From: Octopus vulgaris
Taxonomy: Eukaryota
Reading direction: 5' to 3'
Assembly (NCBI GenBank): GCA_951406725.2
Contig: OX597816.1
Span: forward strand, 99,138,001 to 99,202,000
Length of the DNA stretch: 64,000 bases
Shown: positions 12,346 to 28,325 of the stretch, one piece after another
How the letters are laid out: each line of letters begins with the position of its first letter
Numbering within the stretch: position 1 is the first letter of the stretch
The notes under the pieces: generated by a model
Told to the model about the DNA's origin: nothing
The model's database searches: none
Seen by the model: the letters and a program-made list of their open reading frames with translations, nothing else
Program-made: the position numbers and the translations under genes

Positions 12346-13263
12346 TGTGATGCAAACATATAGCTCTAACTTGCGGTGGTGTGGCAAGTGTTCGATTTCT
12401 GAACAACATAACTATCTTAGTTCTTCTGTTTATGTGGTTGTCATTGTTGTTATTAGCCCCCAAATCATCCTTAGTTGCAACAAATCTATTTTCAAGCCAG
12501 AGTAACTGCATTCACACTCATATACACATATACTTGTGTGTGTGTGTGTGTATGTGTGTGTATGTGTGTGTGTATGTATGTATGCATGCATGCATGCTTT
12601 CAAATGTAGGCTGCTTTTTGATAACGAATTTCATTGTTTACTTAACTAAGCTTTGTTTTAACCCACAATTCCACAGTGGCCGTGTTAGTAAATTCTTCAC
12701 TTTACTCCATACGACAATGAACTTGTAAATTTCAGGGAAAAGTACTTGAGACAAAGTCAAGCTAGGTATTAGTTGTGTTGCATTTTTACGTTACGCAACA
12801 CATGTTCAACTGTTCTTCGGAACATATGTAGTAGGGATTTACCCACCCCACTCCTGGGACCTATTAATTTATAACTGTATATTTAGTTACTTTCGTTCTT
12901 AACACATGAGTAGTATAGCTGCTCTCATCTTATCGAAATCTCCATTAAATTCATGGATATAGGACAATGTTCATAACATGCGCTGATAACTAAACTTTGT
13001 TGATTGAGGATAATGTTCTTTCTGCCATCTACACAAGCTGTGCATGATTCTAACTGCTTGTACTAATATATCAAAATCCATTTGGGTCGTACTACTCTCT
13101 TTCCTCTTTCTTTCTATCTCTTTCTCTCTCTTTGTTTCACAGACACAGTCAGACAGATAGATAGATATATATAGATAGATAGATATACATGTATAGGTAT
13201 ATTCCGTTGGAATGCTTATGATGGTTTTCGCTTGTTACTTGGAATCCAGTTACACACACACAC

Positions 13264-13321
<58 letters not shown>

Positions 13322-13392
13322 AGCAGAAAGTGCACGTACGGCGCTATAAGTAAAAGGGTAAAGACCCCCTTCGGTCATGAATGACCATATGA

Positions 13393-13577
13393 AGTTAATC
13401 CAAACAAGAAAACACAACAACGCGAGGACGTGGAACAAATATAGTATTTTGGGACGCTGAAGAAAGAAGGGAAGGAGGAGGCTTTAACGTTTCGAGCGGA
13501 GCTCTTCGTCGGAAACATAGAAGGAAAGATCCAGAGAAAGGAAGACAGAGGAAAAAAATCGCCAACGGTACACACGA
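13393..13577 (-). mobile_element. ~185 bp hammerhead-bearing non-coding element (Penelope pLTR-like), copy 1
   Basis: Homologous to 22016-22199 (+). Contains TTT-CCGACGA-A-GAGC.TCC.GCTC-GAAA-CG-TT-AAA at 13482-13516 (-), near the (TA)n at 13267-13316. Confidence 0.75.
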
Positions 13578-15978
13578 AGTCCTGGATTCCAAGAATCAAG
13601 CGGGTGTACTCGCGCATGTGTGTGAGTGTGCGTGTATTTATGTGTGTATGCGTGTGTTCGTATGTTTGTCGATATATCTGTATATAAAATGTGTGTACAG
13701 TATATGAATGTGTGAATATGTTAGAACTTCGTGTTTAGTGTAATCAGATGATAACGAGTGAGTGCATAAGGATAATGACCAGCTGGTAAGGGCTCACACA
13801 CAAAGTAGACTGAAACTTGGCTCACGTCACTGTGAGACGAATAACAATCTGAACAAATAGATCTAATATACCCAAACGATTTCGGAAATCATGTGTGGTC
13901 TCAATTTGTACACTTAAAATTCCTATCTATTGATCATTAAAATGATAACCTCTCTATTTAGCATTGCTACACCATTTATTGGAAACGTTGTATATTCGTA
14001 TGCCATGGAAAAGTATCAACATTTGTCATAGGTATTCATGCGTGAAGAATTTAGCATTTGTAGTTTGAGCGTTTGTTAGCTGCGTGTATGCCTCCGATAT
14101 ACACAGACACTGTTTTAATGTTTTTTAGTTGTTTGTGTGTCTCCGGCACCCCTGAAAATTGTCAATTTCGGTCACTTTCAACTTTATTTCAATATTGTTT
14201 ATAACCGTCATTACCAAATTTGTGTGAACATCCATTTGACGTGGACATTTGTCCTGGCCTGTTTTGATTAATTATTGTCTTGTCAATTTTCTCCAATATT
14301 TTATGATCCCCACATCATGTATAAATGAATGAATTTTCCCCTGTCTACAGTGTCTGAGGCATACACCGAATTCGGTCTGAAAAACGGTCTTCTCTCTTCA
14401 GCGCATGATAGATTGACTCTATGAATGTATAGTATATATCTATATAGATAAGTGTATGCGCATGCCAGTTGTATACATATAAATATATAAACATATAAAG
14501 ATGCATTGCTTTTGTGTGTTGAACAACCGCTTTCAACTAATGATACTGTTATTTTATATACTTCGATTCTGAAAGAAACGCTAAGACAGAGCGAATGATT
14601 GAGAGAACGAGATAACGAATGATGGAGTGAGATCACAAACTTCAACTCGTATTCATATGTTTCCTTATTTATTCTCGCCTTCAGTTTTATTTTTATTTTT
14701 CTGTATCGGTTTCTTTCTCACTTCCTCTCCTATTATGACTCCGAGCTAGCTTTATCTATCTCTCTTTTTTTAACTCATATTCTAATCCACATCACCACCA
14801 TTTACCCTTATCATATCATATTTCTATTTGTTTTTCTTTTGCTCTAGCTTTCCAATTTCTCTCTCATTTTCTCTTGTGTTTTCCGTCTATCTCTTCATAC
14901 GTTCGATTATATATTCCATCTCCTTAACGACCATCTGTTTCTTTATTAATCTTAGTTACTTCCCTTTGCCTGACAAAAATACGTATGAGGGTAATAATAC
15001 ATAACTGTGTAGATAATGACCAAATAGCATCAGCATCAATATCCTCAGAAGTAGTTTTCATAACATATGAAAGTATTATTGTTATGTGATGTTTTATTGC
15101 GTTGAGTAATGTTTTACTTGAAATAAAAAAAAATATTCTCTTTTCTCTGTTGATTCACATTGACATTGATGCTGGAATACGTTATCACAATCTTATGAAG
15201 GAAATATATATTGCAGATATCATTCTTAAATTGGTTTTTTCAGTATCACATCTTAGCCATCTCATTACAACAATAGAAAATGTTCCGTTTTAACATTTAG
15301 GAGCATTACGTATGTCCCACATCAAAAGGTATCTGTTGATATTTCTTTTTATGATTTCAAAGTGATATAAATGGTTTTATTCTTTATATGTAACATTAAC
15401 GGTGAGCTGGCAGAATTGCTACCATGCTTTGCGGCACTTTGTGGGCTGTCATACTCTTAGTTCAAATCCGACCGTGGTTTTCTTTCTTTTGGGGTCAATG
15501 TGAAAGTATATAAAAGTATGGTTAGGGAATAAAGAAGCTGCAGAAGAGGAAGGAGTAGCAGAATTCGGGGCAAAGTACATCTACTTCTTGCCCTCCTCCT
15601 TTGTTGTTTTTCTTCTTCTTATTCATATTCTTCATATTTTGTCTTCTCTCACCTTCTTCCACCTCTACTGCTTTTTCATCCCTTAAACATACTTCTACCT
15701 ACTTTGATATTGACACTTAATTTGCCTTGTCCATCACAATCTATTTGCTTTTTCCCGGTATGAGCGAAACAGAATGTCTAGCAGACGCAGAATGTGAGAA
15801 TGCACTTATGATGCAGGTATGAAGAAGTGCCACCCTAGTATTTAAGGCTGCAAATGTTACGTAAATTTTCAGTTGGAACTTTTGCGTGAACTAGCGTTAA
15901 AGGCAGAGTTAGTACAGAAACAATTGTAACTCACCATTTCGGCATTAAAGTTTTATTAAAGTCTTTCCTTTTTGTCTG

Positions 15979-16034
<56 letters not shown>

Positions 16035-17246
16035 GTGTGTGTCTGTGTGTGTGTAGATAGTGTGAGTGAGAGAGAGAGCTATACATAAATACATATACGT
16101 CTGAGCGCATGCGCACGTGTATGTTATGCATGTGACTTTGTATAATGTTTGAAGCTGCAAAATAATGGTTCATCATTGTTTATTCAATTTTCAGTTATAA
16201 ATATTTGTAAATCCTCAAACAAACATTTAAAGCTGATTGGACAGTGGGGTTATGATGTTTCAAAATTAATGGAATCTGTTTGATAATACGGCTGACCGTC
16301 GATGATACACAATATAAACATTAAAACAAACGACGTAAAATCTAAATAAAACCGAATAACACCAATCACTTTGAATAGATTAATAGTTATAGTGTTTGCA
16401 GCAAAGGACAAAATTTCAAACAAAAATACTTTCAGAAATTTAAAAATTTAAGAAAAACTCATTAAAAAGTAAGTCATAAACTTTAAATCTATATTGTATA
16501 CAAGCTATCAGTGTAGCTAATGGCTTTCGTCAAAGCTTAGCACCCATCTCTCTTCCTAATATTAATATTTCTTTTCCTGTTTTTTGTCTTTTACAGACGC
16601 TCTTTCACTTCATTTTCACAATAAAAACTTATTTGTTTATTTTTATTTATTTATATATTTATTTATTTATATGATTGATTGATTGATTGATTCCAGTTCC
16701 AGCCTATGAGCTGTGGCCATGCTGGGGCACCGCCATTATATATATATATTTTGTAGCGCTTATTCGAAATAGTTGTTTCGTTAATTTTTTATGACTTATA
16801 ATAACTTTTTATGACGAATTATTTTTCTTAAATTCTTCACAGCTAAAACGATTTTTATTGGAATTTTACTTTTGTTGCAATATTATAATCATCACCTTGT
16901 ATAATATTATACGTGTTATTCAGTTTTATTCAACGTTTACTCTTTCTTAATCTTTGTATTATTTGTCACGAACGACCAACGTTATTATCTAACAGATTCC
17001 ATTTAATTTCAAAACTCAAAACTCACGGTCCAACCAGCTTTGAATGTACGCTTTACAAGTTACCAAATAGTCATACTTGCAACATTTATAAACCATTGTA
17101 TCCTTACGGAAGTTCACATGATCTTTTACATGAAATTGAAGTCACAGGTAAAGTTTTTCAGCTCCAATAAAATTCTATCCTACGTATGATACCCGAATAC
17201 TATTTTCTCCACCAAACATACATACACACACACACATTCACACACA

Positions 17247-17283
<37 letters not shown>

Positions 17284-17649
17284 AAACACTTTCATACATT
17301 TTCCCTGTGATAAATAGTGTACGACTGTCGTTCAATATAGTCGAACCAGAAACCATGCAACAATTATTCCCGACAGAATCGTTGACGACTAACATCCATT
17401 TCTATATGCAGACGTATAATTGTAAAACTGTATAACTGCCTAAAGTCAAATTGTACTTGGATATTTACTACATGGATATATTAAAGAAGAACAGGTAATA
17501 CATCAGTAATGTTTCCATCGACTCTATCCTATTTGATTAAAATTCGTTTCCTTTTAACATTTTTACATGAGAAGTCACATTTCAAGGACAAACAAACAGG
17601 AGATCTGTATGAATCAGTAGAAGATGTAAGCTGCCAGTAGGCCGAATCC

Positions 17650-17860
17650 ACGTACAATTTCGATTCGCTGTCAAAATAATTTCACTTCATTTCTATCACC
17701 AACTTTTGTGATACAGTCACTGAATTTCTCATATTTACTAAAAAAAAAAAATACTTGGCCTTGTGCCAATGGACAAACTCCATCCGGCCCGACCAGAGTA
17801 AAGGAAAATGTTCTCTCAGGAAATTAAACCATGTTGTGACGTCTATTGAACCTGATATTT
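17650..17860 (-). pseudogene. Possible Tc1/mariner-superfamily transposase C-terminal remnant
   Basis: FLREHFPLLWSGRMEFVHW...YFFFLVNMRNSV resembles FL.E.FP..WIGR....WP...DFFLWG.vK..V of maT-like transposases; heavily decayed. Confidence 0.4.
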
Positions 17861-20282
17861 GTAATGAAACAAGGAAAACAACAGACACATCTCTAAATAT
17901 AACATCATATACATCATTGCTAATGAATTCCCTAATGACATAGATAGGAAAGTAAAACCGATCGATACAAACCAACCAACTAACCAACAATCAGCCAACT
18001 ATTCTGAGCCGCAGATGTAGAAAATTCTATAAATTTCCTACCGGAGTTCACTTTGTAATTTTCAGAAGTCATAAAATGTAATTATATTTCTATTTTAAAA
18101 TGTATCTATAAATTATTCATTTAGAAACAAATGTTATATTTACGAGAGAAAGAACTTTCAGTCATCGCTAATATTCATCAGTAACAAGTGAGATAAACAA
18201 TGGTCTCACTGTTATAATTCATGAAACATTATTCTGATTTTAACGAAACTCATCGTGATTCATAAATCTAAGATTCATGCATGTATTCCTACGATTATTT
18301 ATGTCTGAGTGAGAGTTTCTTCTTTTTTTTTGTTTTTAAATGAACATTTGTTTGTGCATGTTTCTGTTTATGAATTGTGTGGGTTACTACCATTTTATTT
18401 GGAAAGATGATGCACTCAATCACACGCTTCACACACTCCAACTCACATATTGCTGGTTTTGTAAAAATATATATTTGGTTTATGACTAGTCAATCTTTAA
18501 CTGATATCTGCGGCCCAAAACCTTCTCTATATTCTTTTTTATTTTTGAAAGTAGTTAGATGTATTTACATTTACTCTAATTATTTAAACTTATGCAATAA
18601 ATTTCACTTCTGACTTAATGTGTTACTTTAGCGTGCCTTTTATTTATATCTTTCAATCAACTCTTGTATTTTATTTGGTAATAAAAGGCAATAGGCTGGT
18701 AGTTGCAGAGGAAAGAGAAGTTACACTTCTTGGGGAGGGAGGACTTCCTTACGTAACTCTGTGTAGGAAGAAATAGACTAAAGAGTTTTATGAGGCAAAG
18801 TGGCTACTCTCAGATCAATAGAAATACAAGATTTTAGAATCATAGGTAAGGTGGTGGGTCTAAGTAAATAAATATTTGTAAAACAGGTGAAGTATTAATA
18901 AAGACATGAAATGAATCTTCTTCAGAGTATTCATTGTGACGTTGGAAGCAAAATGGAAGTTAAATGTAGTGGATATATTAGTAGGAGTATATTGTGTGTC
19001 ACTTTGGTGGGAAAGTATCAAATGCGATGGTTTTGAGAACTTTGTAACCAGCTTGGCAGTGATGCTGAGTGCTTGATATGGGTTGGTAAGGGTGATATGG
19101 CAGCGCTTTCTTCATATATTATTTGCTCCACTACTGCAAATTAACTACTATTAGATTTAACGATTTCGAGGATGTGAGTTTTAGTTGAATTAGTGACAGG
19201 GAGAATCATAACCACTACGCTGTATCGGATGCGTTTGAGGTGAAGTACGTGTAATTTTGAATGCAGTAATGTAGTAGCTCTGGTTAGTAGGTTGACCTAA
19301 GTAACAGAAGATTTTTAGAGATATGAGTCAAACAGAATAAGATTAGGCAGTGCACAAGCAATCGGACAGCGGTTTATAAGGTGAAGGTTGGGCAAATGCT
19401 GGATTTAAATACAAGAAAAATATCAAGAATATTTGCAGAGCTCACAAGACATTCTTTCTTTACAGACTTTCCCATAAAAGTTCACTATTAAGAATCAAGA
19501 AATGCTTACAATGTAGCAGAATTTTAAATTAAACACGCAGGTTTTAATTTGTCACAGACAGATATGAATACCTGACAGATTAGGAAGAATTTAATGGTCA
19601 AAATTGATATTCCGGTACTCAGATTTACACTACACAGGTCGGTCATGCCTACTATAAAGAAGCAGCAGCATACCCATATCTTGCCATACATGCAGAGTAA
19701 TTATGAAAATTGTACGAGCGCAAAAGATAAATTTGAGAACTTTTAATTTCCAAATTTCAAGGAGCTCAAACGAAAATTTGAAACGTTTCCGAGAACAAAG
19801 ATAAATGTAGAACATTCGCGTTTTCAGTATATGATAAAAAGGAAAACTATTCATCCTTAAAGATGTGAGTGTGTAAGTGTGTGTGGGTGTATAAAAAAGT
19901 ATTTAACAGAATATTTTAAGAATAATATCCTATATACCAGTTTATATGACTTTCAGGAGATATAATAATACTATGTCTCTAGATGTAGTATAATAGTGTC
20001 TGTACTGTTTTGTACTGTGCAAAAAAAAAAAAAGAAAAAAGAAACAGAAAAAAAAACTAGAAAGAATTAAAGCAGTAACCATACTTCTCAGAAAGATGTT
20101 TTCTGATTTATACTGAATAGAAGCAACAGGGGAAATAATTATTATCCAAGACGAGTCTTGGTTGTTGTTATACGATTCTTACTGTCAGCAAAAACACGCA
20201 CATAGGCTCACACATACATAAATACATGCATACGTCCATATATGCACATACATATATATACATACACACACACACATATCTA

Positions 20283-20322
<40 letters not shown>

Positions 20323-20740
20323 TATATTATATGCATAGATACAAACAAACACGCACACACATATATCTATTGGATCAAAGCAATTAGTTTCTTGTGAGTT
20401 GCAAAAAAATATGTATGAATAGTTTACTTTGTATATACGTTCAGAAATACAATGAATGATAGAAAATATAATAATAACGTTTATGCGCAGCCACTCATAC
20501 TCATATGCATATGATCGTGCTTCTATCTGATTTTGTGCCTAGATTGCTGGATAGAGAAACAGGGTAAATGAAAGAAGGGAGAGGGGAAAGAAAGGTTCGA
20601 GGAGAAATATTGAGAATTACTTTGAGAAAGAAAGTAGAATTTAGTGACTTTGTAACGTGACTAGTTTGACGGACAGTCAGTTGGTTAGCCTCCTCACAAT
20701 ATAGAAAGGGATAAATAGATAAATACATATATACACTGAT

Positions 20741-20741
20741 T

Positions 20742-20826
<85 letters not shown>
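20741..20826. repeat. (GATA)n tetranucleotide microsatellite
   Basis: Uninterrupted run of GATA units. Confidence 0.95.
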
Positions 20827-21377
20827 GGTGATGGGAAAAGACAGACAGACAGACAGAGAAACGTGGAGACGTGGTGAGGTAAAAGATCGGTAGGTATGTA
20901 AATAGATAGATAATTATGCTGGTATTGAAGAGAAAGCTTCAAAGAAATGGAAATATGTATATAAGTAAATCATGTATACCAAAGTTCAAGTAAATATACG
21001 AGTAAAATTAGAAAAAAACAAAACAAAAGAAAGACTGAGAGAGAGTGGGATAGTGATTCTGAAAAAATAATAATATAGGGTCATAGACAAAAATATAGGA
21101 AATATCTAGGCAGAAAATGGAATTATCTACAGTATTTCTTAAACTTAAATGCTTTTCTCTTTAAAATATTAATAGAGAAATCAGTTAAATCAACATTCAT
21201 TCAGATCAAGTGGGACATGAACAAAATAAAACGCATGAAATGTATTTCCCCAAAGAATGTTCATCACATAAGCCTTTTAATGGTGCATATCATATTTATC
21301 AAAGCCAGTGGCTCGGCTTAATGAAGGTAATGGCATTTATTGTCTCTGTATGTGTGTCTATATAATATATATATGTA

Positions 21378-21423
<46 letters not shown>

Positions 21424-21990
21424 GCATGCATACATACATAGTACATGTGTGCGAGTGTGTGTGTTTGGTCGTCGGAACAGAGGAAAAGAACTAATTAGGA
21501 TCATGTGGTTACACACACCCGCATATATATATATATACATACACACACACATATATATATGTATGCATGTATGATTGTATGTATATACATATATTTTCAA
21601 ATATGGATTAGAAGCAGCTTGAGGGATATAAGTAATATAGAATGCGCATACACGAGGTGTATGCTTACTTTGCTAGTTCTAGGGTAGGCTGCGCTTACAG
21701 GCGTAAAAGAATATGTTCTCCTCAGTGCGTTAGGTGCTAAAATACTTCCACGTCATAAGCAAACTCGCATCCGGTCCATTTCAGGAGCCATTAACATCGT
21801 TGATTCGTAATTTTTCTAACTTGTCAATACCGCGTTCAGTTTGTTGCTCGATGCGATGCATACATTCGCAGGGTGCAGTGAAAATTTTTCTCCCCATCAA
21901 TATGATTCCCGGTTCAGTCTGACTGCTTGCCACCTTCCAAGAGCGTATTCTAATATATCCCCGAACCAGTCAAAGCCTTGTGAGTGGACT

Positions 21991-22573
<583 letters not shown>

Positions 22574-24860
22574 CCATAAAAGATACATTCATTCATCATG
22601 TGCAACAGAAGAGATATTACGTTAATATAGCTATATGTATATCATGCTTAACGTCTTGATCGATGACAATATTTTTTTTCTGAGCATGCGTTTCCAGTCA
22701 GGACATGCTTTTGACAACGCTGAAAGAGTTAGAAACACATACATCGTACATCCACCAGCCACTGCTAGACAATTTTCGTCTGCCTCCGGTAAATATTGTT
22801 TTTTGAAACAACACACATCAATCATAGTTATCATTGCAGGGCGAATACCGCAGTAAATTGAACTTTACTTTAATTATGATAGGCAGATAGCTATGATAGG
22901 CAGATGCGTGGGTGCGTAAATATACGCACATACATACATGTATTTATATATGTGTATGTGAGAATGTATTTATGTATGTATTTATATATCGCAAGTACAT
23001 TTACATATACTTATACATACACAACATTACTATTTAGTTGTAAAGCTATGTAAGTAACACACCACCGAGAATTCCGTACATAACATTTGTCTAACTCTTT
23101 GATAAGTGCAAAACACGATAGACGTGTGTGTTTCTGTGCGTATATATGTGTGTATTCACATATACAAAAAAAAACATACATAGATATTTATTTGTATTTA
23201 CGCATGTGTCTGTTGGAAAGCATACACTTGGTATTATTTGTTTATAGGAAAATAAATATTCCTTTAGACTTGTGAATGTGTATGAATATATTCGTATGTC
23301 TGTATTCATAAATGTATGCTGGCTAGAGTTCAGAGTTCTGATATTACAGACATCTCTCTGTGTCTGTCGCCAACAGAAACATTAATCACACTCAATGTTT
23401 AGAAGTCTTTCAACTAAACTCGTAATTTCAAAGCCACCAACATTTCTAGGCACTTGAATTAATATTAATCTGCTTTTTACCCATCCCATATATCATTGAA
23501 TTAACCGAACTACCATTGAATAGAGCTATTGATTCGTATGTAAGCACTGCTACATATTTTCAGGAAGGCTAATACCGTAATTAACCAAGTTATTATATTT
23601 CATAGGAAAACATTCTTTTCTGAAACTTCTTTTGACGCTCCTTACATAACTTTGTCCATTCACACATTTCTTTTCACTATTATTTATTTATTTCTGTTAT
23701 TATCAAATATCTGCATAGTTAGACACGAATTGCAGCAAAAACATATGGCACATGATACGTATACATCAAATATCATAAATTTTGTTCCACAATATATTTC
23801 GTTGCCACACTTGTGTTCAGTACTGATACAACATGCATTAACTGTGCTCAAATGCTTCTCGAATTCCTCTACGCAGTTTAAAATTTCAAGTCTCAAAAAC
23901 TAGACCCTATCAGCCATGAATAACTTGTTAAGAGTTCTTATCCAGGTTTGTCTTACTACACATCTTTAAAAGAAATTTATTGCTGAAACTTATCAGTTGC
24001 AGTTCTTCTTAGAAATTTATCAATAACATCTTACAACTCAACCTTTACTTTTTTGATTAATCTATTTTGTCGTTCTTCTGAACTAAAGTCTGACATTTGA
24101 AATCCGAGCACAAAACGAAAGTCCTTATATCATGTATATAGTCATGTATATCAATGTAGATTATACCGCTTTGACAGTGACGTCTACTGTGTTACTATAT
24201 AACTATGTCTGGAGTTATTATTAAGAAAGTATTCATATCCTTATAGGCACACATAAAAGTTCATAATACACACATACACGCACACACAGAAATACACACA
24301 CATACACATAAAAGATAGACATACACATACATATTTATCTGCGTATACGGGTGTACAACTGTCTGTATGTCATGACTATAATTATATTAATAAATGTACC
24401 GTGTATACATATCCTATGAATATATTTATCGGTATATCTATGCGTATGTATTTGTGTGTGCGTGTGTTTGTATGTATGTGTGAGTATTTGTGTGTGTTTT
24501 CGTGCGTGCGCGCGCATGTGCATGTGTGACTATGTGTAAGTATCTAATTAAGAAACCAAAGACCTAACCAAGAGACTATTACCATGTATTTTAACAATTT
24601 CTTGAATTTTCAAGATTAGTTTTATCTCAGAATGTTTTCTGCTCTCTGCTCTACTGAATTTTACAACAAAGATATTCTATAATTTTCAGTTTGTTTTAGA
24701 AGAAATGATAGTTGCTATAACTCTTACACAAGTTCTAAAACTGATGATAGTGATATATGTGAAGTGTTAACATACCTTATGCTCAATTCGCCATTTCTGA
24801 AATGGTATCAAGAAGAAATACATACAAAGGATGAATTAAAAATGGTAGCAGTCAATATTC

Positions 24861-25269
24861 TTTTACTTGTTTCAGGCATTTGACTGTGGTTATGCTGGAG
24901 CACCGCCTTTAGTCGAGCAAATCAACCCCAGGACTTATTCTTTGTAAGCCTAGTACTTATTTTATCGGCCTCTTTTGCCGAACAGCTAAGTTACTGGGAC
25001 GTAAACACACCAGCAACGGTTGTCAAGCGATGCTGGGAGGGGGGCGGCAAACACAGACACACTAACATATACACACACACACATACATACACACTATATA
25101 TATATACATATATACGTCGGGCTTCTTTCAGTTTCCATCTACCAAATCCACTCACAAGGCTTTGGTCGGCCCGATGCTATAGTAGAAGACACTTGCCCAA
25201 GGTGCCACGCAGTGGGACTGAACCCAGAACCGTGTGGTTCGTAAGCAAGCTACTTACCACACAGCCACT
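24861..25269 (-). mobile_element. tRNA-derived SINE family A, near full length
   Basis: Minus-strand head GTGGCTGTGTGGTAAGTAGCTTGC...GGTTCTGGGTTCAGTCCC (A/B boxes), then CCTTGGGCAAGT, an internal microsatellite and an A-rich tail; highly similar to 44418-44850. Confidence 0.85.
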
Positions 25270-25789
25270 TACAAAATTATTGCTAAATACGTATAGATGT
25301 AACCGAAGAGACATAAAAAGGGATTTGGTAATTGGATAGATTTAGCACTGATGACAACCGAGTTGATAAAATAGTATGGTCCGATACCTTACTTATCAAA
25401 ATATAGTGAAGACTTACAAAATAGGTAAATGAAATTTCTTTTCATATGCAATGCATATGCATAAATTCACTGCATCAACCCACATAGTCATCAGTATTTT
25501 AATTAGTATAGAATACACTTATGCCTCGTAGAATATCAAAGTCCTTTTGATCTTAGATCAAACTCCTTTATTCAGTTTTGTCTGTTTGATAGTACATGAA
25601 GAAGGTTACGAAACGGCCGTAACCCTATGGAAATCGCGTGTTTAAATAAATCTATATTTACCCCTCATACGTTCTGACTATGTTTATATGTATATATGTC
25701 TGTGTCTGTGTCTGTCTGTCTGTCTGTCTGTCTGTCTTTATATATGTATGTGAGTGTGTGTTTCTATGTTTGTGCATATATATATATTA

Positions 25790-25975
25790 TTTTACTTGCA
25801 TCAGTCACTTGATTGCTGCCGTGCTGGAGCACTGCCCGAAAGGTTTCTTTTGTCGAAGAAATCGACCACGGAACTTATACTTTCCACCACATTTGCCGAA
25901 GCGCTATGCTACGAGGACGTAAACACACCCACAACGGTTGTCAAGCGATTGTGGGGGACAAACATAGGCACAAAG
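25790..25975 (-). mobile_element. SINE family A, 3' half
   Basis: TTTTACTTGCATCAGTCACTTGATTGCTGCCGTGCTGGAGCACTGCC...GACGTAAACACACC...TTGTCAAGCGAT matches family A. Confidence 0.75.
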
Positions 25976-26099
25976 ACATACCACACACACACATATATAA
26001 ATCCACATAAATATATACATATATATCCACATATATATATATATATATTTATGTGTGTGTGTATACACATACTCATATATATACGTGTGTGTACACATG

Positions 26100-26151
<52 letters not shown>

Positions 26152-26959
26152 TAAATTTCGTTTCTCCTTATAGGAATCGAAAAATAAAATAAATATAATG
26201 CTGCAAATAGAAGTGCTCAAGTAAAAAAAAAAACGAGGCAAAAGACTAACTCAATGATTAAAAAAATAAACATCTTGAATTCCTCCTTGCACTTTATGAC
26301 GAACATTATTCTGGATTCCTTTTAACTTTTATAGTTTAACTATCTTATTTTTAAATTTTTTTAGTCGCCTTGCTATATGTATATATTCATATTTTCTTCA
26401 TGTATTTTCATAATACGCATCGCTTGCTTGGTGAGGAGGATGTTTATTGGACACCCTGCGGGATGAAAAACAAAACCCGTCAAAGAGCGGAGGAACTCTT
26501 GAGATTCAACGACCATCCAATAAATGTGTAATTTTTTTTCCTTAAGGCTTAAGGCTGTATCATGCGCGGGGACATAGAAATGTGTGTATATATATATATA
26601 TTAATACGAAAAAACCCTCCAGGCTACATCCCGAAAATTCATTTCTTTGCCGAATTTCTACAATGTTTACGGCGATTCGTTTTTATATCTTGATTTTTTT
26701 TTATTTTTCATGCAATTTACGCATGCTTGCACGTGTGGTGAACACAGTTCACGCCAAACAGCTGACTAAGTAAAGTTCACTATTCAATGCATAGGATAAG
26801 GCCTAAACAAACACATTATCGATTTTGCACTTGCGAGATGAATTTCGGAACAGAAATAGCGCAGTTCAATTTTCATTCGCCTAAACTTTAAGTGACCCAC
26901 TTTTGGTGTATGTATATATGTATATATATACAAGATGTGCCGGGAAGTTAAACACACAG

Positions 26960-26991
<32 letters not shown>

Positions 26992-28129
26992 ACACACAAG
27001 TTGAGTTTTATATATATATATATATAACATATCGCACATTTGAAGAGAATCTGGTGAATTTATATCACTTTCCTAACTAGCAAAGTATTAATGTTATTGA
27101 GATTATATTTTCATGGGACGTAGTACGTTTTACTTGGTGCTATTGAATGAGGAGTTTTACGATTGTTTCCAATTTTAGGATGTTTCCGAGATATTTTATT
27201 CGACAGATTGCGTGTAGATAAAGCCTAGGTACAGAATATATTTGAAGAGTCAAGTATGTTGTCAACTTTATAGAAGTGTGTGTATTCAAACAAAAACGAA
27301 ATTATTAATTCGAGCTGTTTTGAATAATCAAGCTCCAGTGTGTTGGCTTATATAGACACAAAACATGAGCTAAGTTGGTGTGGCAGTAAGTTTCCAATGC
27401 ATGAGAGCAGAGTCAAGGGCAGAAACGGTCTATAAGTTGATGGTTTTGTTGACAACCAGCGTAACAGCTTTCACTAAACGGCTACCTATAAAGTATATGA
27501 TGTCTAAAATAATATTGTTTGCTGGATCTGCATTTGCATGAATCTCACTGACAGTGACTGGAGAGGGAAAGAGATTCATGCCCAGGATTTTATCAAGTTT
27601 GTGATACTGGATGATTCTAATGCGTTTCTTTAACAAGCTTTCAACATCTGTTTAGAAAATAGTGATATGTAAGAATATGTCGCCTTGTAAGGACGTAATT
27701 TCTCTATGAAGGACATGATGCTGAGAAGTCTGTTCTGTGTTGTCCGAGTATAGTGATCGAAGAATTATTCAAATTTGAAAGCAGTAAAAAAAATTCAGAA
27801 ACGAAATTGTGGTGCAGACTCGGGTTAGGCCTTAATCAAGTCTTTTGTTATACGCTAGTATATCAAAATGGTGAGGATACATAGCCTAGTTGTTAAGATG
27901 CTGCACACATGGTCGCGATCGTGGTTTCAATTAAAAAGCATTTATGTAGTACGTTGTGTTCTTGAGCAAAACACTTCGTGTTGTTCTGGGATCACTTCGA
28001 CCCCTGTACAAGTAACATCGATTTGAGGAAGGAAGTGAGCTAATGTACAGAACAGACATTTGATCATTTCGTGTAAAGTAGTATTCTTGTATCTCGTAAG
28101 TCTCATTAGGTCAATATTAAATATGCACT

Positions 28130-28325
28130 AAGGTGGCGAGCTGGACGAAATGTTAGTACTCCTAGCAAAATGCTTCGCGGCATTTCGTCAGTTTTTACGT
28201 TCTGAGTTCGAATTCCGCCGATGTCGACATAGTGTTTCATCCTTCGAATCGAGCGCTTGGAGTCGATGTAATCACCCAACCGCTTCCCCGAAACTGCCGG
28301 CTTTGTGCCAAAATTCGAAACTAAT
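28130..28325 (+). mobile_element. SINE family B
   Basis: AAGGTGGCGAGCTGG...TTACGTTCTGAGTTCGAATTCCGCCGATGTCGAC...TGTGCCAAAATTCGAAAC; B-box GAGTTCGAATTCC. Confidence 0.75.
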